Below, in pieces: positions 18,368 to 26,923 of a stretch of 35,028 bases of DNA. The notes under the pieces were generated by a model. The model was not told the DNA's origin. It saw nothing but the letters and a program-made list of their open reading frames with translations, and ran no database searches. Made by a program: the position numbers and the translations under genes. The DNA lies in IMG/VR virus record IMGVR_UViG_3300037791_000051, positions 1 through 35,028 of that record. One strand, written 5' to 3'. Position 1 is the first letter of the stretch. Every line of letters begins with the position of its first letter. This DNA is from a virus. Taxonomy: Duplodnaviria > Caudoviricetes.

Positions 18368-18583
18368 ATGGACGATGAACGATATAGAGAATTGCGTTTT
18401 TTGATTAAAGATTTGGCCGTGAGGGTTGAGGAAACGCACATTGATATAAGAGCGATCAAAAGGCGCTTAGATGATCAACAGGGCGCGGTGGCCAGAATGT
18501 CAGATGCAGCCGATCAGCTTATGACGGCCATGGATGAAATGGACGCCGAATTGGAAGGCTCGCCCACATTAAAAGGTCACTAG
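18368..18583 (+). CDS. Antisense small coiled-coil protein (MDDERYRELRF...)
   Basis: 71-aa ORF filling the gap between two minus-strand genes. Confidence 0.55.
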   Translation: MDDERYRELRFLIKDLAVRVEETHIDIRAIKRRLDDQQGAVARMSDAADQLMTAMDEMDAELEGSPTLKGH

Positions 18584-19330
18584 TGCCTGCGCTATACAGC
18601 GGCATCGAATTGGTTGCCCAGGGCGCTCGCCGTTTTCTGCCCCGGTTGGCTCATCATAGCGATAAACGCGCCCATCTAGGCTGCGGTGCAAAGCCCTCAC
18701 GCGCTCATCGCGGCTTGTGCGCCATGTGTATTCTGTAATCCCCGCTTGCGTGTGCCTTTGGCGGTTTAGATCGCTGTTTAGCTTTGCCATCTGATCATCG
18801 GCAATCAGCCTTGCGCGGTTATCGACAATGCCAAATTGCTGCGTAAGCGTTTCTTGCAGCGCCGCGTTTGATGTTCCGTTGATTGCCGCGTCTATGACTG
18901 TGCGCGATACCCTTTGCGCGGCATCTTCTGATAGGTTCTTAATCAGGCCCGCATTGCGCGCCGCTGCAAGCCTTAGATAGTCGTTCATATCAGGCGCTAG
19001 AACAACGCTTCGCAGATCAACACCTAAAGCGCGCCGCGCTGTGCGTATAAATGTTTCGGTGTGCCTTTGGTTCTCAAGATCAAGAATGCGGCGCACTGTG
19101 TTTTGCGCGGTTGTAACAAGGCCCAAGCTAACCCGCGCCAATTCATCTAAGTCAAACTCGTTGCGAGCGCCGCCCGCCTTTTGCTTGATCTCGCGCAGCA
19201 TGTTGCGCAAGGCCCGCAAGTAGGCAGATCGCCCGCCCAGGCTTTCCTGTATCCCAGGCAATTCAACTTGTTCGCCTCGCCTGCGTGGCTTTTTTCGCCG
19301 CGCCAGCTTTTTAATATCGTAGCGCTGCAT
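18569..19330 (-). CDS. Minor head protein, Mu gpF/SPP1 gp7 family
   Basis: RARLIADDQ..KLN, W.TSRDERVR..H, PGQPIRCRC. Confidence 0.9.
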   Translation of the reverse strand: MQRYDIKKLARRKKPRRRGEQVELPGIQESLGGRSAYLRALRNMLREIKQKAGGARNEFDLDELARVSLGLVTTAQNTVRRILDLENQRHTETFIRTARRALGVDLRSVVLAPDMNDYLRLAAARNAGLIKNLSEDAAQRVSRTVIDAAINGTSNAALQETLTQQFGIVDNRARLIADDQMAKLNSDLNRQRHTQAGITEYTWRTSRDERVRALHRSLDGRVYRYDEPTGAENGERPGQPIRCRCIAQALVTF

Positions 19331-19336
19331 ATTGCC

Positions 19337-19864
19337 TTAGGCGCGCGCTAGAAACGTGGTTGCACCTGATCCGTTTGGCGATGCTAGAAGATCGGCCATG
19401 AGTGTTTCCAGCTTTGACAAGATAGGCCGCGCTTCGTCTGCGCTCTTTGGTGCGTCCTGGTAGGTGGTTGAAACATCGCCCACCTTATCGGTTTTGATGT
19501 TGTCCATCATGACGACAGTTGGAAGCAATCCGTTTGGGGTGGCAATCTCAAACAAAGCAGCCTCACAAGTGGCATCAACCACCTCATAAGGCACTTCATC
19601 GTCTGCAATCTCGACGCCTTCCCGATCTGTTACGCCGGTGCGGGGCCATGCGAGGGCTTGGGAGCGCCCGTTGGTGCGCTTGCCGGTGAAGGTGAAGCCC
19701 GTTGAAACATAGGCCGTAGCGCGCCTTAAAGCGGCCTCTTTGTCTGCTTGCGTACCAGTCCATGCTGCGTTGCCTAGATCACTGTGGTAGTTATCGCAGT
19801 CAACAACACTGACAAAGCTGTCAGACGATGCAGAGCCGGTGCCAGTTTCAACGATCAAAGCCAT
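19337..19864 (-). CDS. Head-tail adaptor (DnaT-like family)
   Basis: MALIVETGTG...DSFVSV, QALAWPR, ATCEAA. Confidence 0.8.
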   Translation of the reverse strand: MALIVETGTGSASSDSFVSVVDCDNYHSDLGNAAWTGTQADKEAALRRATAYVSTGFTFTGKRTNGRSQALAWPRTGVTDREGVEIADDEVPYEVVDATCEAALFEIATPNGLLPTVVMMDNIKTDKVGDVSTTYQDAPKSADEARPILSKLETLMADLLASPNGSGATTFLARA

Positions 19865-19865
19865 G

Positions 19866-20114
19866 TCAGTAATTCGCTTCCCAAAGGGCGATCAACTTGG
19901 CGCGGCCAGTCTTGTGGTGTGGGCGCTCGCCAGTTAGGCGCTCAATCTCATCGCGAATTGCATCATCACTCATTGCATCAAGTGGATTATCAGACACCGG
20001 TTTGGGTGCGCCGCCTTTTGGTGCAAAACGTGCGTCGATGATTTTGAATCCCTGGCCACGCAATTCCGCCTTACGCTCGGCTGAAACGGGATGGGGTTCG
20101 TAGTGAATTTTCAT
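19866..20114 (-). CDS. Small head-module protein
   Basis: YEPHPVSAERKAELR..GFKIIDARF; GAGGTG RBS. Confidence 0.75.
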   Translation of the reverse strand: MKIHYEPHPVSAERKAELRGQGFKIIDARFAPKGGAPKPVSDNPLDAMSDDAIRDEIERLTGERPHHKTGRAKLIALWEANY

Positions 20115-20138
20115 TGCATCACCTCATAGAGTTGGTGA

Positions 20139-20162
20139 CATGGGCAGGTTGCCCCGCCCATG
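20139..20162 (-). terminator. Hairpin after major capsid gene (weak terminator or stabiliser)
   Basis: CATGGGCGGG-GCAA-CCTGCCCATG, no U-tract. Confidence 0.5.
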
Positions 20163-20171
20163 CTGCGAACC

Positions 20172-21152
20172 CTACTGGTCAGCGTCGGCAATAGCGATTA
20201 CGCCCGCCGTCATCTTGTCGAACTGGGCGACCTTATCCCAGTTTGAGCCGGTGGCGATTTCTGCATCGGTAGGCGACTTGCCGCCGTTGCTTTCATCCCA
20301 ACCATAGCCCTTGATGCCCAGGGTGAAGGTGTAATCCACCTGCATCGTGGTTTCGATACGCTCTTTGCCGTTGGACGTTTGAACATTCGAGATAATGTCA
20401 GACGCACCGGCAACTTCTGCCGCACCTGTTGCCAAGCCCAGCACCTTGGATTTATTTGGCGTGCCAGCCTCATACAAGGCGGGTGCGTCCGTCACGATCA
20501 CAGCCTTGTTGAGAATGTCGATCACATTGACGTTGCCAGCCTCAAACAGACGATTGCTGTTGGAGAGGTTGTCGCCAACGAGCTTGTGCGCAACGGTGCC
20601 GGTCATGACGTTAGCGACAATGTTACCGGACGCATCGCCAAATTTGGCGTGGGCGTTGTTGATAGCGCCGTAAGTCATGGCACCAGCAGGATCACTACCG
20701 GCTGATACGTCATTGGTAACACCGGCATTGTTTTCCAGTGCGGCCACAAGTGCTGCAATCGCGGTGTTAAGCTGATCTTGCAAAAGCAATTCAGCAAACG
20801 CCGTTGATGCAGCGGCTACGCCTTGCTGTGTTGGGCGCTGCAACCATGTCATCTGCGACGGTTCATAGCTTACAGGGCCAAAACCACCAGCGATCTTGAC
20901 CTTAGAGCCTTTGAGTTCCGTCAAAGCTGTAGCAGACTGCGCTCCATTGGCGGAATACCGATCAACGCGACGGCGTGCAGCCGCAAGCGATGCAAAGAAG
21001 CTTTCTCGCATAAAATCGCCAGTCATGCCTTCGCTGGAAAGCACGATCGCGCCGGACGAAGCCGCGTTAAAAGCCTCGATACGCTGATCAAGGGAAACGA
21101 TAGTGGCAGGCATGATGTAATCGTTAAACACCTGCATGTCAGAAAGAGCCAT
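20172..21152 (-). CDS. Major capsid protein
   Basis: FNAASSGAIVL, LGIKGYGWD..NGGKSPTDAEI.TG.NW; GGAGG RBS; follows scaffold. Confidence 0.9.
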   Translation of the reverse strand: MALSDMQVFNDYIMPATIVSLDQRIEAFNAASSGAIVLSSEGMTGDFMRESFFASLAAARRRVDRYSANGAQSATALTELKGSKVKIAGGFGPVSYEPSQMTWLQRPTQQGVAAASTAFAELLLQDQLNTAIAALVAALENNAGVTNDVSAGSDPAGAMTYGAINNAHAKFGDASGNIVANVMTGTVAHKLVGDNLSNSNRLFEAGNVNVIDILNKAVIVTDAPALYEAGTPNKSKVLGLATGAAEVAGASDIISNVQTSNGKERIETTMQVDYTFTLGIKGYGWDESNGGKSPTDAEIATGSNWDKVAQFDKMTAGVIAIADADQ

Positions 21153-21166
21153 GTTGGCCTCCTAAT

Positions 21167-21841
21167 CTATTTTTCGGGAAGGTCTGCGAGTGCAGGAACC
21201 TTGTCTAAGAGCGGGTTTTTGCCCCCGCCGACTGCGCCGTCGTTGCCGCCGCGACCGCCGCCAGTTGGCGGTGTCACAAACGACTTGCCTTCACCCGCTG
21301 CCCATTTTTTGGTGTACTCACCAAGGGGTAGCGGACCCATATCCGTTTCAACGATTGCCCTGCCGTCTTCACCAGTCTTGACCTTGGATGCGAGCAAAGC
21401 GCGCGCACCTTGGACCAACGCGGGATCATTGATGCCTGCACTGTTCAACGCATCGCCAAGGTCGCGTTCAACAGCGAACCGGCCCAGCTTTGCGTTGGCT
21501 TCATCAGCAGCGCTTTTGAATTGGTCGCGTTCGGCTTCCAGTTCTTGGCGCAGCTTGATCAGCGCGGCTTCATCAGGCTTGCCATCCTTCAGCTTGCCCC
21601 ATTTTTCAGGGTCAAAGTCATCAGGAACGGCGCTTAATTTAGCCTTGAACGCATCGCGCTCTTGCAACGCGGCGGCTTTGTCAGCCTTCACGCGCTCATA
21701 GGCGTTTTTGAGGTTGGCAACGTCCGGGTGCGCATCCACACCTTCGACTTGAAGGATAAATTTGCCATCGGTTTCGGAATAGAGGTTTTTGACAGCATCA
21801 TCGACGCCATCCAGGCTTTCCAGCACGGTTTTCAACGCCAT
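21167..21841 (-). CDS. Capsid scaffolding protein
   Basis: MALK...SLDGV...LY.E.DGKF.LQVEG, coiled coil, Gly-rich tail. Confidence 0.85.
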   Translation of the reverse strand: MALKTVLESLDGVDDAVKNLYSETDGKFILQVEGVDAHPDVANLKNAYERVKADKAAALQERDAFKAKLSAVPDDFDPEKWGKLKDGKPDEAALIKLRQELEAERDQFKSAADEANAKLGRFAVERDLGDALNSAGINDPALVQGARALLASKVKTGEDGRAIVETDMGPLPLGEYTKKWAAGEGKSFVTPPTGGGRGGNDGAVGGGKNPLLDKVPALADLPEK

Positions 21842-21887
21842 CGGCGTAGCTCCAATATGTTGAGGGTGCCGCTATCAGCGACGGGAT

Positions 21888-23246
21888 TTAAGCAGCAGTG
21901 TTTAGCTGTTGCTCATCGAAATCAGCCCCAAACCCTTCGGGTTCGGCTAATTCATCTTCAAACGCGCGTTCAGGGTTAGCGATGCCGCCCCGTTGCAGGT
22001 TTTCGTAAAGGGTGCGGGTTGAAAAGCCGCCAAGCTGCCAAGCCTGCACCAATGCGTAAGCGTCCTGAGCGGACATTGTTGTGTCACCGAGGTCTTTGGG
22101 CGGCGTCACTGTAATCTGTTCTTGCGTGGCTTGGTCCAAGCCCATCATCATCGCCGCATTGCGCAGGCTCTTTTCCAGAACCTCGCACGACACCTTTGCG
22201 ATGGACGCAAGCACCGAATTGTTGGACGCTGTGCGAAGTTGGCGGGCCTTGCCGCTTTCTTGCGCGCCTCCATCCTGTTCAAGCAGCTTGGCCCCTGCCC
22301 TAACAGCGGCGTCCGTTTCATCATCCATGGCGATCTTGTGGGCCTCGATGCCCGCACACGATGGCGAAACGTATTTTAAGTCTGGCGTTACGCCGTCGGT
22401 GCCGTCCATCTGGTGAACAACGCCCGCGCCGATCTGCTTAGGCGCATCACCGTTGATGGCCACAAGCGTTTCCTGCCCGCTCATAAATAGCTGATGCCGG
22501 TAATCGGCTGAAAGCTGGTAAACTGCGATAGCAGCGCGTGCAACGCCGATCATGGGCGGCGATTGAATATCTGGCGCAATGTCTTTGGAATTGGCCACCA
22601 CAAACGGAATGCGGTCCATTGTGCCGCCGCCTGATCGCGTGGGTGTAATGTCTGTTGCAGCGCCGCCAACGTGAACCCGCTGCACATAGCGGCCTTCCTC
22701 AAGTACCAGCTCAACAAAACGATCTTCCCGATCCCATGTAAAGCCTTTGCGAACCTGGCCACTATCGTCAATCACGTAAAACGTGCCGGTGTCATCCCAG
22801 TTGATAACCGCATCGCCTGCATAGCCGCACAAGAACGGCTCGCCGCCTTCTGATGGCGCATCTGCCAAGACAGAATAGCGGCCAAGTTTGAGGAGCGCGG
22901 ACGTTACACGGCGATGGAAGGCGTCGAGGCTTAGTCCGGTTTTGGTCGCGCGCTCTTTTAGGTAATTCAGGCCATTTGGCATTTCGATGGCAATGTCTTT
23001 GTCGTGGATGACACCAACCATAGCGGCCAGCGTTGGGGCCACAATCTCAGGGAAACGGGCGCGGGCCTTATAGGCGTCATACATCGCTGTGCCGCCGTCT
23101 GGCATAGCCTTGAAGCCGCTAGGCTTGGGCAAATACACCTCACCAGCAGCCTTAACCCTGCCCTCGCCATCATCGGCGCGGCGCATCAGCTTCCAATCAT
23201 CAATGCGTATGGTGTCAAACGATGGGTGCTTAGTCTCTACTGACAA
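21888..23246 (-). CDS. Portal protein (DUF4055-like)
   Basis: YLPKP, Y..YK.RA.F, VINW, IPFV, ESG.A motifs; follows TerL. Confidence 0.9.
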   Translation of the reverse strand: MSVETKHPSFDTIRIDDWKLMRRADDGEGRVKAAGEVYLPKPSGFKAMPDGGTAMYDAYKARARFPEIVAPTLAAMVGVIHDKDIAIEMPNGLNYLKERATKTGLSLDAFHRRVTSALLKLGRYSVLADAPSEGGEPFLCGYAGDAVINWDDTGTFYVIDDSGQVRKGFTWDREDRFVELVLEEGRYVQRVHVGGAATDITPTRSGGGTMDRIPFVVANSKDIAPDIQSPPMIGVARAAIAVYQLSADYRHQLFMSGQETLVAINGDAPKQIGAGVVHQMDGTDGVTPDLKYVSPSCAGIEAHKIAMDDETDAAVRAGAKLLEQDGGAQESGKARQLRTASNNSVLASIAKVSCEVLEKSLRNAAMMMGLDQATQEQITVTPPKDLGDTTMSAQDAYALVQAWQLGGFSTRTLYENLQRGGIANPERAFEDELAEPEGFGADFDEQQLNTAA

Positions 23247-24476
23247 TTAGTAAGCCCCCACTACGGTTGTTGTTTTCGACGCGCGCAGATTGCGCCGCAC
23301 ACCCTCTAAGGCGTAGCGCAGGCTGTCGATTACGTGGTTATCTTTGTCCGCAAGATCGGGCAGCACCTCATCTGTTTGAGGGTCAACCTTGTAGCTGTAG
23401 CGGGTTAGCTCTTGAATTGTGTGTTTGCACCGTGGGTGCACGATAATGTCTTGCGATTGCAGGAACGCCACGCCGTCTTTGACGCTATCCTTACCCTTCA
23501 CAGCCCCCGTCATCTTGGGGAATCCGTTTCGCTGCATGTAGCTGATCACATCAGGGCTGGCGCTATCGCCGCGACAAGGCCATTCTGTTGAGCCTGGAAC
23601 CGTCTTGAACAGTGCAGGCCGGTGGTCAATCTCACAGCCCACCTTGTACGCTTCATGGTCTACGTAAAGCGTGCGACCGTCTAACCAGCACCGCACCAGC
23701 ACAGTGGGATCAATTGAATAGCCCCAGTCAGCCCCGAAATAGAGCCGGGCATCGGGCGGGGTGCCGAAGTCTTTAACTTCCCAATTATTGAACACGCGGG
23801 CTTCGGAGCGGCGTAAGAAACCGCCCTCCCATACCCAATCATATAGATCAGGGTCGCGCTTTAGATCGTGCTGGCGCTCGCCTTCCAAGGACGATGGAAA
23901 CCAAGGGTTATCGCGCCAGTTAAGTTCCACAAACCGCGAACCGGGCGGTGGGTTGACCCTGAAACGCTGGTGCGTCTCGCTGTCTTCCTTCTCAGGGTTC
24001 CATGTAACCCAAATCTCTGATCCATCCTCACGAACGGTCTTTGTGGACTTTTCCCAAGCGTTGCGGCTTACCGTTTCGGCCTCATCAACCCAAAGCACAT
24101 GGATGAATGCTTTAGATTTGATGCTGTCTAGGTTGTGCCTAAGGCCCGCGAACTCGAAACTAATGCGCCCCGGCAATCCTTCACGGGTGCGGATGAAGCG
24201 CTCGCCAACGTCAAAGTTACCTGCAAGCCATGCTTCACTGGCAATCGCAGCCTTCACCTCAGCCATCGAACTATCAGCAAGGCTGTTCATGAACTCGCGG
24301 GCGCAAAGAATAATGCCCGACTTACCAGCCTGCGCCAGTTGCAACGCCTTAACCGCTGCCATCTTGGCAAACGATCTGGTCTTGGCCGATCCGCGACCGC
24401 CATACGAACCACGATAACGCGCCTCACCAGCAAAGACTGGGATCAGCTTCGGCGGTAGCTCTAGGCTAACTTCCAT
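23247..24476 (-). CDS. terL: Terminase large subunit, PBSX family
   Basis: Walker A GGRGSAKT, Walker B WVDEAE, nuclease DWG..DP and NHVIDSLRY. Confidence 0.95.
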   Translation of the reverse strand: MEVSLELPPKLIPVFAGEARYRGSYGGRGSAKTRSFAKMAAVKALQLAQAGKSGIILCAREFMNSLADSSMAEVKAAIASEAWLAGNFDVGERFIRTREGLPGRISFEFAGLRHNLDSIKSKAFIHVLWVDEAETVSRNAWEKSTKTVREDGSEIWVTWNPEKEDSETHQRFRVNPPPGSRFVELNWRDNPWFPSSLEGERQHDLKRDPDLYDWVWEGGFLRRSEARVFNNWEVKDFGTPPDARLYFGADWGYSIDPTVLVRCWLDGRTLYVDHEAYKVGCEIDHRPALFKTVPGSTEWPCRGDSASPDVISYMQRNGFPKMTGAVKGKDSVKDGVAFLQSQDIIVHPRCKHTIQELTRYSYKVDPQTDEVLPDLADKDNHVIDSLRYALEGVRRNLRASKTTTVVGAY

Positions 24477-24753
24477 CCTTTGGCGCGACTATGTTAATCG
24501 TTGTGGGGATAAGCGCATCGCCGTCTGCCCCTGTAACCTGCATCGGAAGAACCTTGCCAAGCAGCGACATAAACGCTGCCGGGTTCTCAGTGGCTTGGGA
24601 TTGCAGGTAGCCCACTAGGCCAAGTTGCCCGCCTGCCTGATCAGCGGCTTGCAAAATGGCGTCCTTGAGCAAGGCGGTGCTTTTGTTCTTTGAGCCTTTA
24701 GGACGGCCCTTGCCCGCGTTTGGTGGGATTGTCCCTTTAGCAGCAGGCATCAC
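24466..24753 (-). CDS. terS: Terminase small subunit (start uncertain)
   Basis: GKGRPKGSKNK, LKDAILQAA, NPAAFMSLLGKVLP; directly before TerL. Confidence 0.75.
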   Translation of the reverse strand: MMPAAKGTIPPNAGKGRPKGSKNKSTALLKDAILQAADQAGGQLGLVGYLQSQATENPAAFMSLLGKVLPMQVTGADGDALIPTTINIVAPKDGS

Positions 24754-24777
24754 TAGTTTGCTGTTTTGTCATGGCCA

Positions 24778-25005
24778 TCAATCTTCCTCAAACGTTGTAC
24801 GCAGCGCGTCATGTTTGGCGGCTTCCAAGATGTAAAACCGTTCTTTTGGGGTTAGGAAAGCGTCACTGCTCATCACCTGCATAACGCCGTCTTTGTTCCA
24901 GCCTAGAATGAGCACGTCTTCGTACTGGCCTTTGGCTTCATCAAGGATGGCGTCAGCCTGTTCTGCATCGCTGGCGACTTGAAGGGGTATGATGTTGTCA
25001 GTCAT
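24778..25005 (-). CDS. Hypothetical protein
   Basis: 75-aa acidic ORF, co-oriented, AGGT upstream. Confidence 0.7.
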   Translation of the reverse strand: MTDNIIPLQVASDAEQADAILDEAKGQYEDVLILGWNKDGVMQVMSSDAFLTPKERFYILEAAKHDALRTTFEED

Positions 25006-25113
25006 CTACTTACCTGTCTGTGAGGTGGTGGAGGCGAACAGGCGGCGCAATGGGCGCAAGAAAAACACATCGTCAACACCCTTGCGAAAAGCATCGAAGT
25101 TGAATGAGATCAT
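25006..25113 (-). CDS. Possible 35-aa peptide (MISFNFDAFRKG...)
   Basis: Stop abuts the next ATG; GGAAAGAG upstream. Confidence 0.35.
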   Translation of the reverse strand: MISFNFDAFRKGVDDVFFLRPLRRLFASTTSQTGK

Positions 25114-25159
25114 TCGCCGCTCTTTCCGTTAGAATAGCCATGCGCCTAGGGCGAAGCCG

Positions 25160-25375
25160 TTAAGCGGATGCCCAAACGATCACCTTCGCGCTTGAGGCCA
25201 ACAGCAGCGCAGCAGTGCAAAGTGCGAATAACGCAGAATGAGGGGCGTAGGCCTGAGAGAAGAAAGCCCTGGGCGACACGCAAATCATGGTCCAAAGGCA
25301 TCGGAACCACCAAATCCCCGCAGCTGCGCTGACTGTGATGAAAACAACCAACGCCAGCGCTTCAGCATACACCAC
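25160..25375 (-). CDS. Small two-TM membrane protein, first late gene
   Basis: GAGGTG RBS before GTG; two hydrophobic segments. Confidence 0.55.
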   Translation of the reverse strand: MVYAEALALVVFITVSAAAGIWWFRCLWTMICVSPRAFFSQAYAPHSALFALCTAALLLASSAKVIVWASA

Positions 25376-25390
25376 CCAATCACCTCATAG

Positions 25391-25445
25391 AAAAGCCCCG
25401 GCGTTCGGCCATCCTGGTTCGCTAGGAGGCGTACTGGCGCGGGGC
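25391..25445 (-). terminator. Branched terminator-like structure in late leader
   Basis: GCCCCG...CGGGGC followed by TTTTCT, with inner GCCA/TGGC and TCCT/AGGA stems. Confidence 0.6.
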
Positions 25446-25654
25446 GTTCGTCTTGCCTATCCGTTTTAGGTTTTGATGGGCATTGCAGCGCCCCGGAAAG
25501 CGTTGCCCAAGCCTAGCTCACGTTTTGAGCATAGACCCGGTATGCTCCAAGGCTCGGACTGCAAATAAGTGTTGGCCGGGTTTCTCGGCCAAAGCCCCGG
25601 CCCGCTCTGTGCTCGAAAGGGGCACCTTTCACCAAGCCGTTTGCGCTAGGCGCA

Positions 25655-25701
25655 ATTATAAAATTATAGCGGGTTATGACTGATTTTGTTTAACCTGTCA
25701 A
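25655..25701 (-). promoter_or_regulatory. Late promoter (PR'-like) with downstream -10-like elements
   Basis: TTGACA-17 bp-CATAAC, then TATAATTTTATAAT; sits at the end of the regulator gene. Confidence 0.65.
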
Positions 25702-26211
25702 TCTGTCGTAATGGATGCCCCACAAGTCGCACAACCAGCAAAGCCGCTCGCGTACCATAAACCGGGCCACCGCTACCGCTTGGGGTTTGTTTGTTTCGCC
25801 CATCATACGGCCAACAGCCTCCAGCGGCTCATCATCGCACACAAGCGCCTCAAATGGCCGTGAGCGCCACTTGCCAACCGTTTTGGATGCCTGGCCATAC
25901 TCTGCCCAATGATAAGCGGCTGCCTCGCCTTCGCTCATTCCACCAGTTCCACCACCAGTCGCTAACAGGTCCGCAGATTTAGGATGCCCGCTTAATCCGG
26001 CATAGTGGCGGTGGCGTGCGTATCGTTTGCCCGCTTCGTGTAGACCAGTGCAGATATAACCGGCGTTGCGCATACGTTGCAGCGGGCTAATCACCTCGGC
26101 TTTGCGTTCGGATTTTCCAACGCCGCTGACCCTAACATCACCACGGGCGCGACGTTCTTTTGTACCAATATCAGCGCGGATTGGTTCAGGCTTACGGGCT
26201 GGCTTTGTCAT
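25690..26211 (-). CDS. Late-gene regulator, DUF6456/Q-like antiterminator
   Basis: SPLQRM..AG.I....HEAG.RY....AGL motif and C-terminal sigma4-like helices; lambda Q position. Confidence 0.65.
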   Translation of the reverse strand: MTKPARKPEPIRADIGTKERRARGDVRVSGVGKSERKAEVISPLQRMRNAGYICTGLHEAGKRYARHRHYAGLSGHPKSADLLATGGGTGGMSEGEAAAYHWAEYGQASKTVGKWRSRPFEALVCDDEPLEAVGRMMGETNKPQAVAVARFMVRERLCWLCDLWGIHYDRLTG

Positions 26212-26603
26212 GGTGTTTCACCGCCTGGCTTTGGAAGGGGTGCCCAGCGCGATGGCAAGACGCTGTCTAGCCATTGTTCCGAATATTTGCTTGGCCCCGC
26301 ACCATAGATAGCCCATCGGCCCGTTCCGCTAGGCTCCCAAGCAACGCAAACCAACCTTGGGCTTCCTTCCCAACCGTGCCGCTCAGCCTCAACCAAGATG
26401 CACGTCCCATCCTTCGGCGCTGCATCCATGTCAGTGGACCACATGGCGGATAGGGCGGCTTCTAGTATCGCTTTTGCCTCTAGGCGGTAATCATCCTTTG
26501 TGTAGTCGTCCAAGCTCTCCCAATCACGGCCTTGGAGGTCATTGGGCACATGGAAATTGACCGCCTTGGCCGCCGCTTCGATCATCTCTGGTGTAGGTGT
26601 CAT
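26208..26603 (-). CDS. Hypothetical protein (APKDGT, DUF551-like C-terminus)
   Basis: PTPEMIEAA, W..D.D.APKDGT.IL, RWAPLPKP; ATGA overlaps at both ends. Confidence 0.75.
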   Translation of the reverse strand: MTPTPEMIEAAAKAVNFHVPNDLQGRDWESLDDYTKDDYRLEAKAILEAALSAMWSTDMDAAPKDGTCILVEAERHGWEGSPRLVCVAWEPSGTGRWAIYGAGPSKYSEQWLDSVLPSRWAPLPKPGGETP

Positions 26604-26893
26604 GCTGCGGCTCCCAATCTCAAGAACTCGAAAATTTGATCCTCAACCCAGGCAAGCGTCTGCGGGTCGTGCTCCGACAACCAGATAAAATCCCGGCCTC
26701 CGGCGAATGACCATCCGTCATACGCCAACCACCAAGCGTGTTTCGTCCACACGTCGCCGGGGTGTTGATTCAGCCGCACGTACCAACTGGACCAATCGCC
26801 ACCCGATTGTGGCGCTCGGTGCCAAAGTTGGTGCGTCCCGTTTTCGGCAACCGACACCGCGCCGCGTTTTTCCAATTCCATTTTGGTCAGCAT
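26600..26893 (-). CDS. Trp-rich hypothetical protein
   Basis: Start revised to ATG 26893 so that it does not cross the repeat region. Confidence 0.65.
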   Translation of the reverse strand: MLTKMELEKRGAVSVAENGTHQLWHRAPQSGGDWSSWYVRLNQHPGDVWTKHAWWLAYDGWSFAGGRDFIWLSEHDPQTLAWVEDQIFEFLRLGAAA

Positions 26894-26923
26894 CAACTCA
26901 ATCCCGTTTTCGCGGTGACCGCA

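Noticed and set aside
5729-24753. Gene transfer agent, tailocin or eCIS
   Set aside because: Head, packaging, replication, immunity and att features are all present, indicating a genuine prophage
25483-25638. Known ribozyme, tRNA or C4 antisense RNA in the late leader
   Set aside because: No hammerhead CUGAnGA/GAAA core or tRNA T-loop visible and no match I can recognise by eye; kept only as an unknown structured RNA candidate
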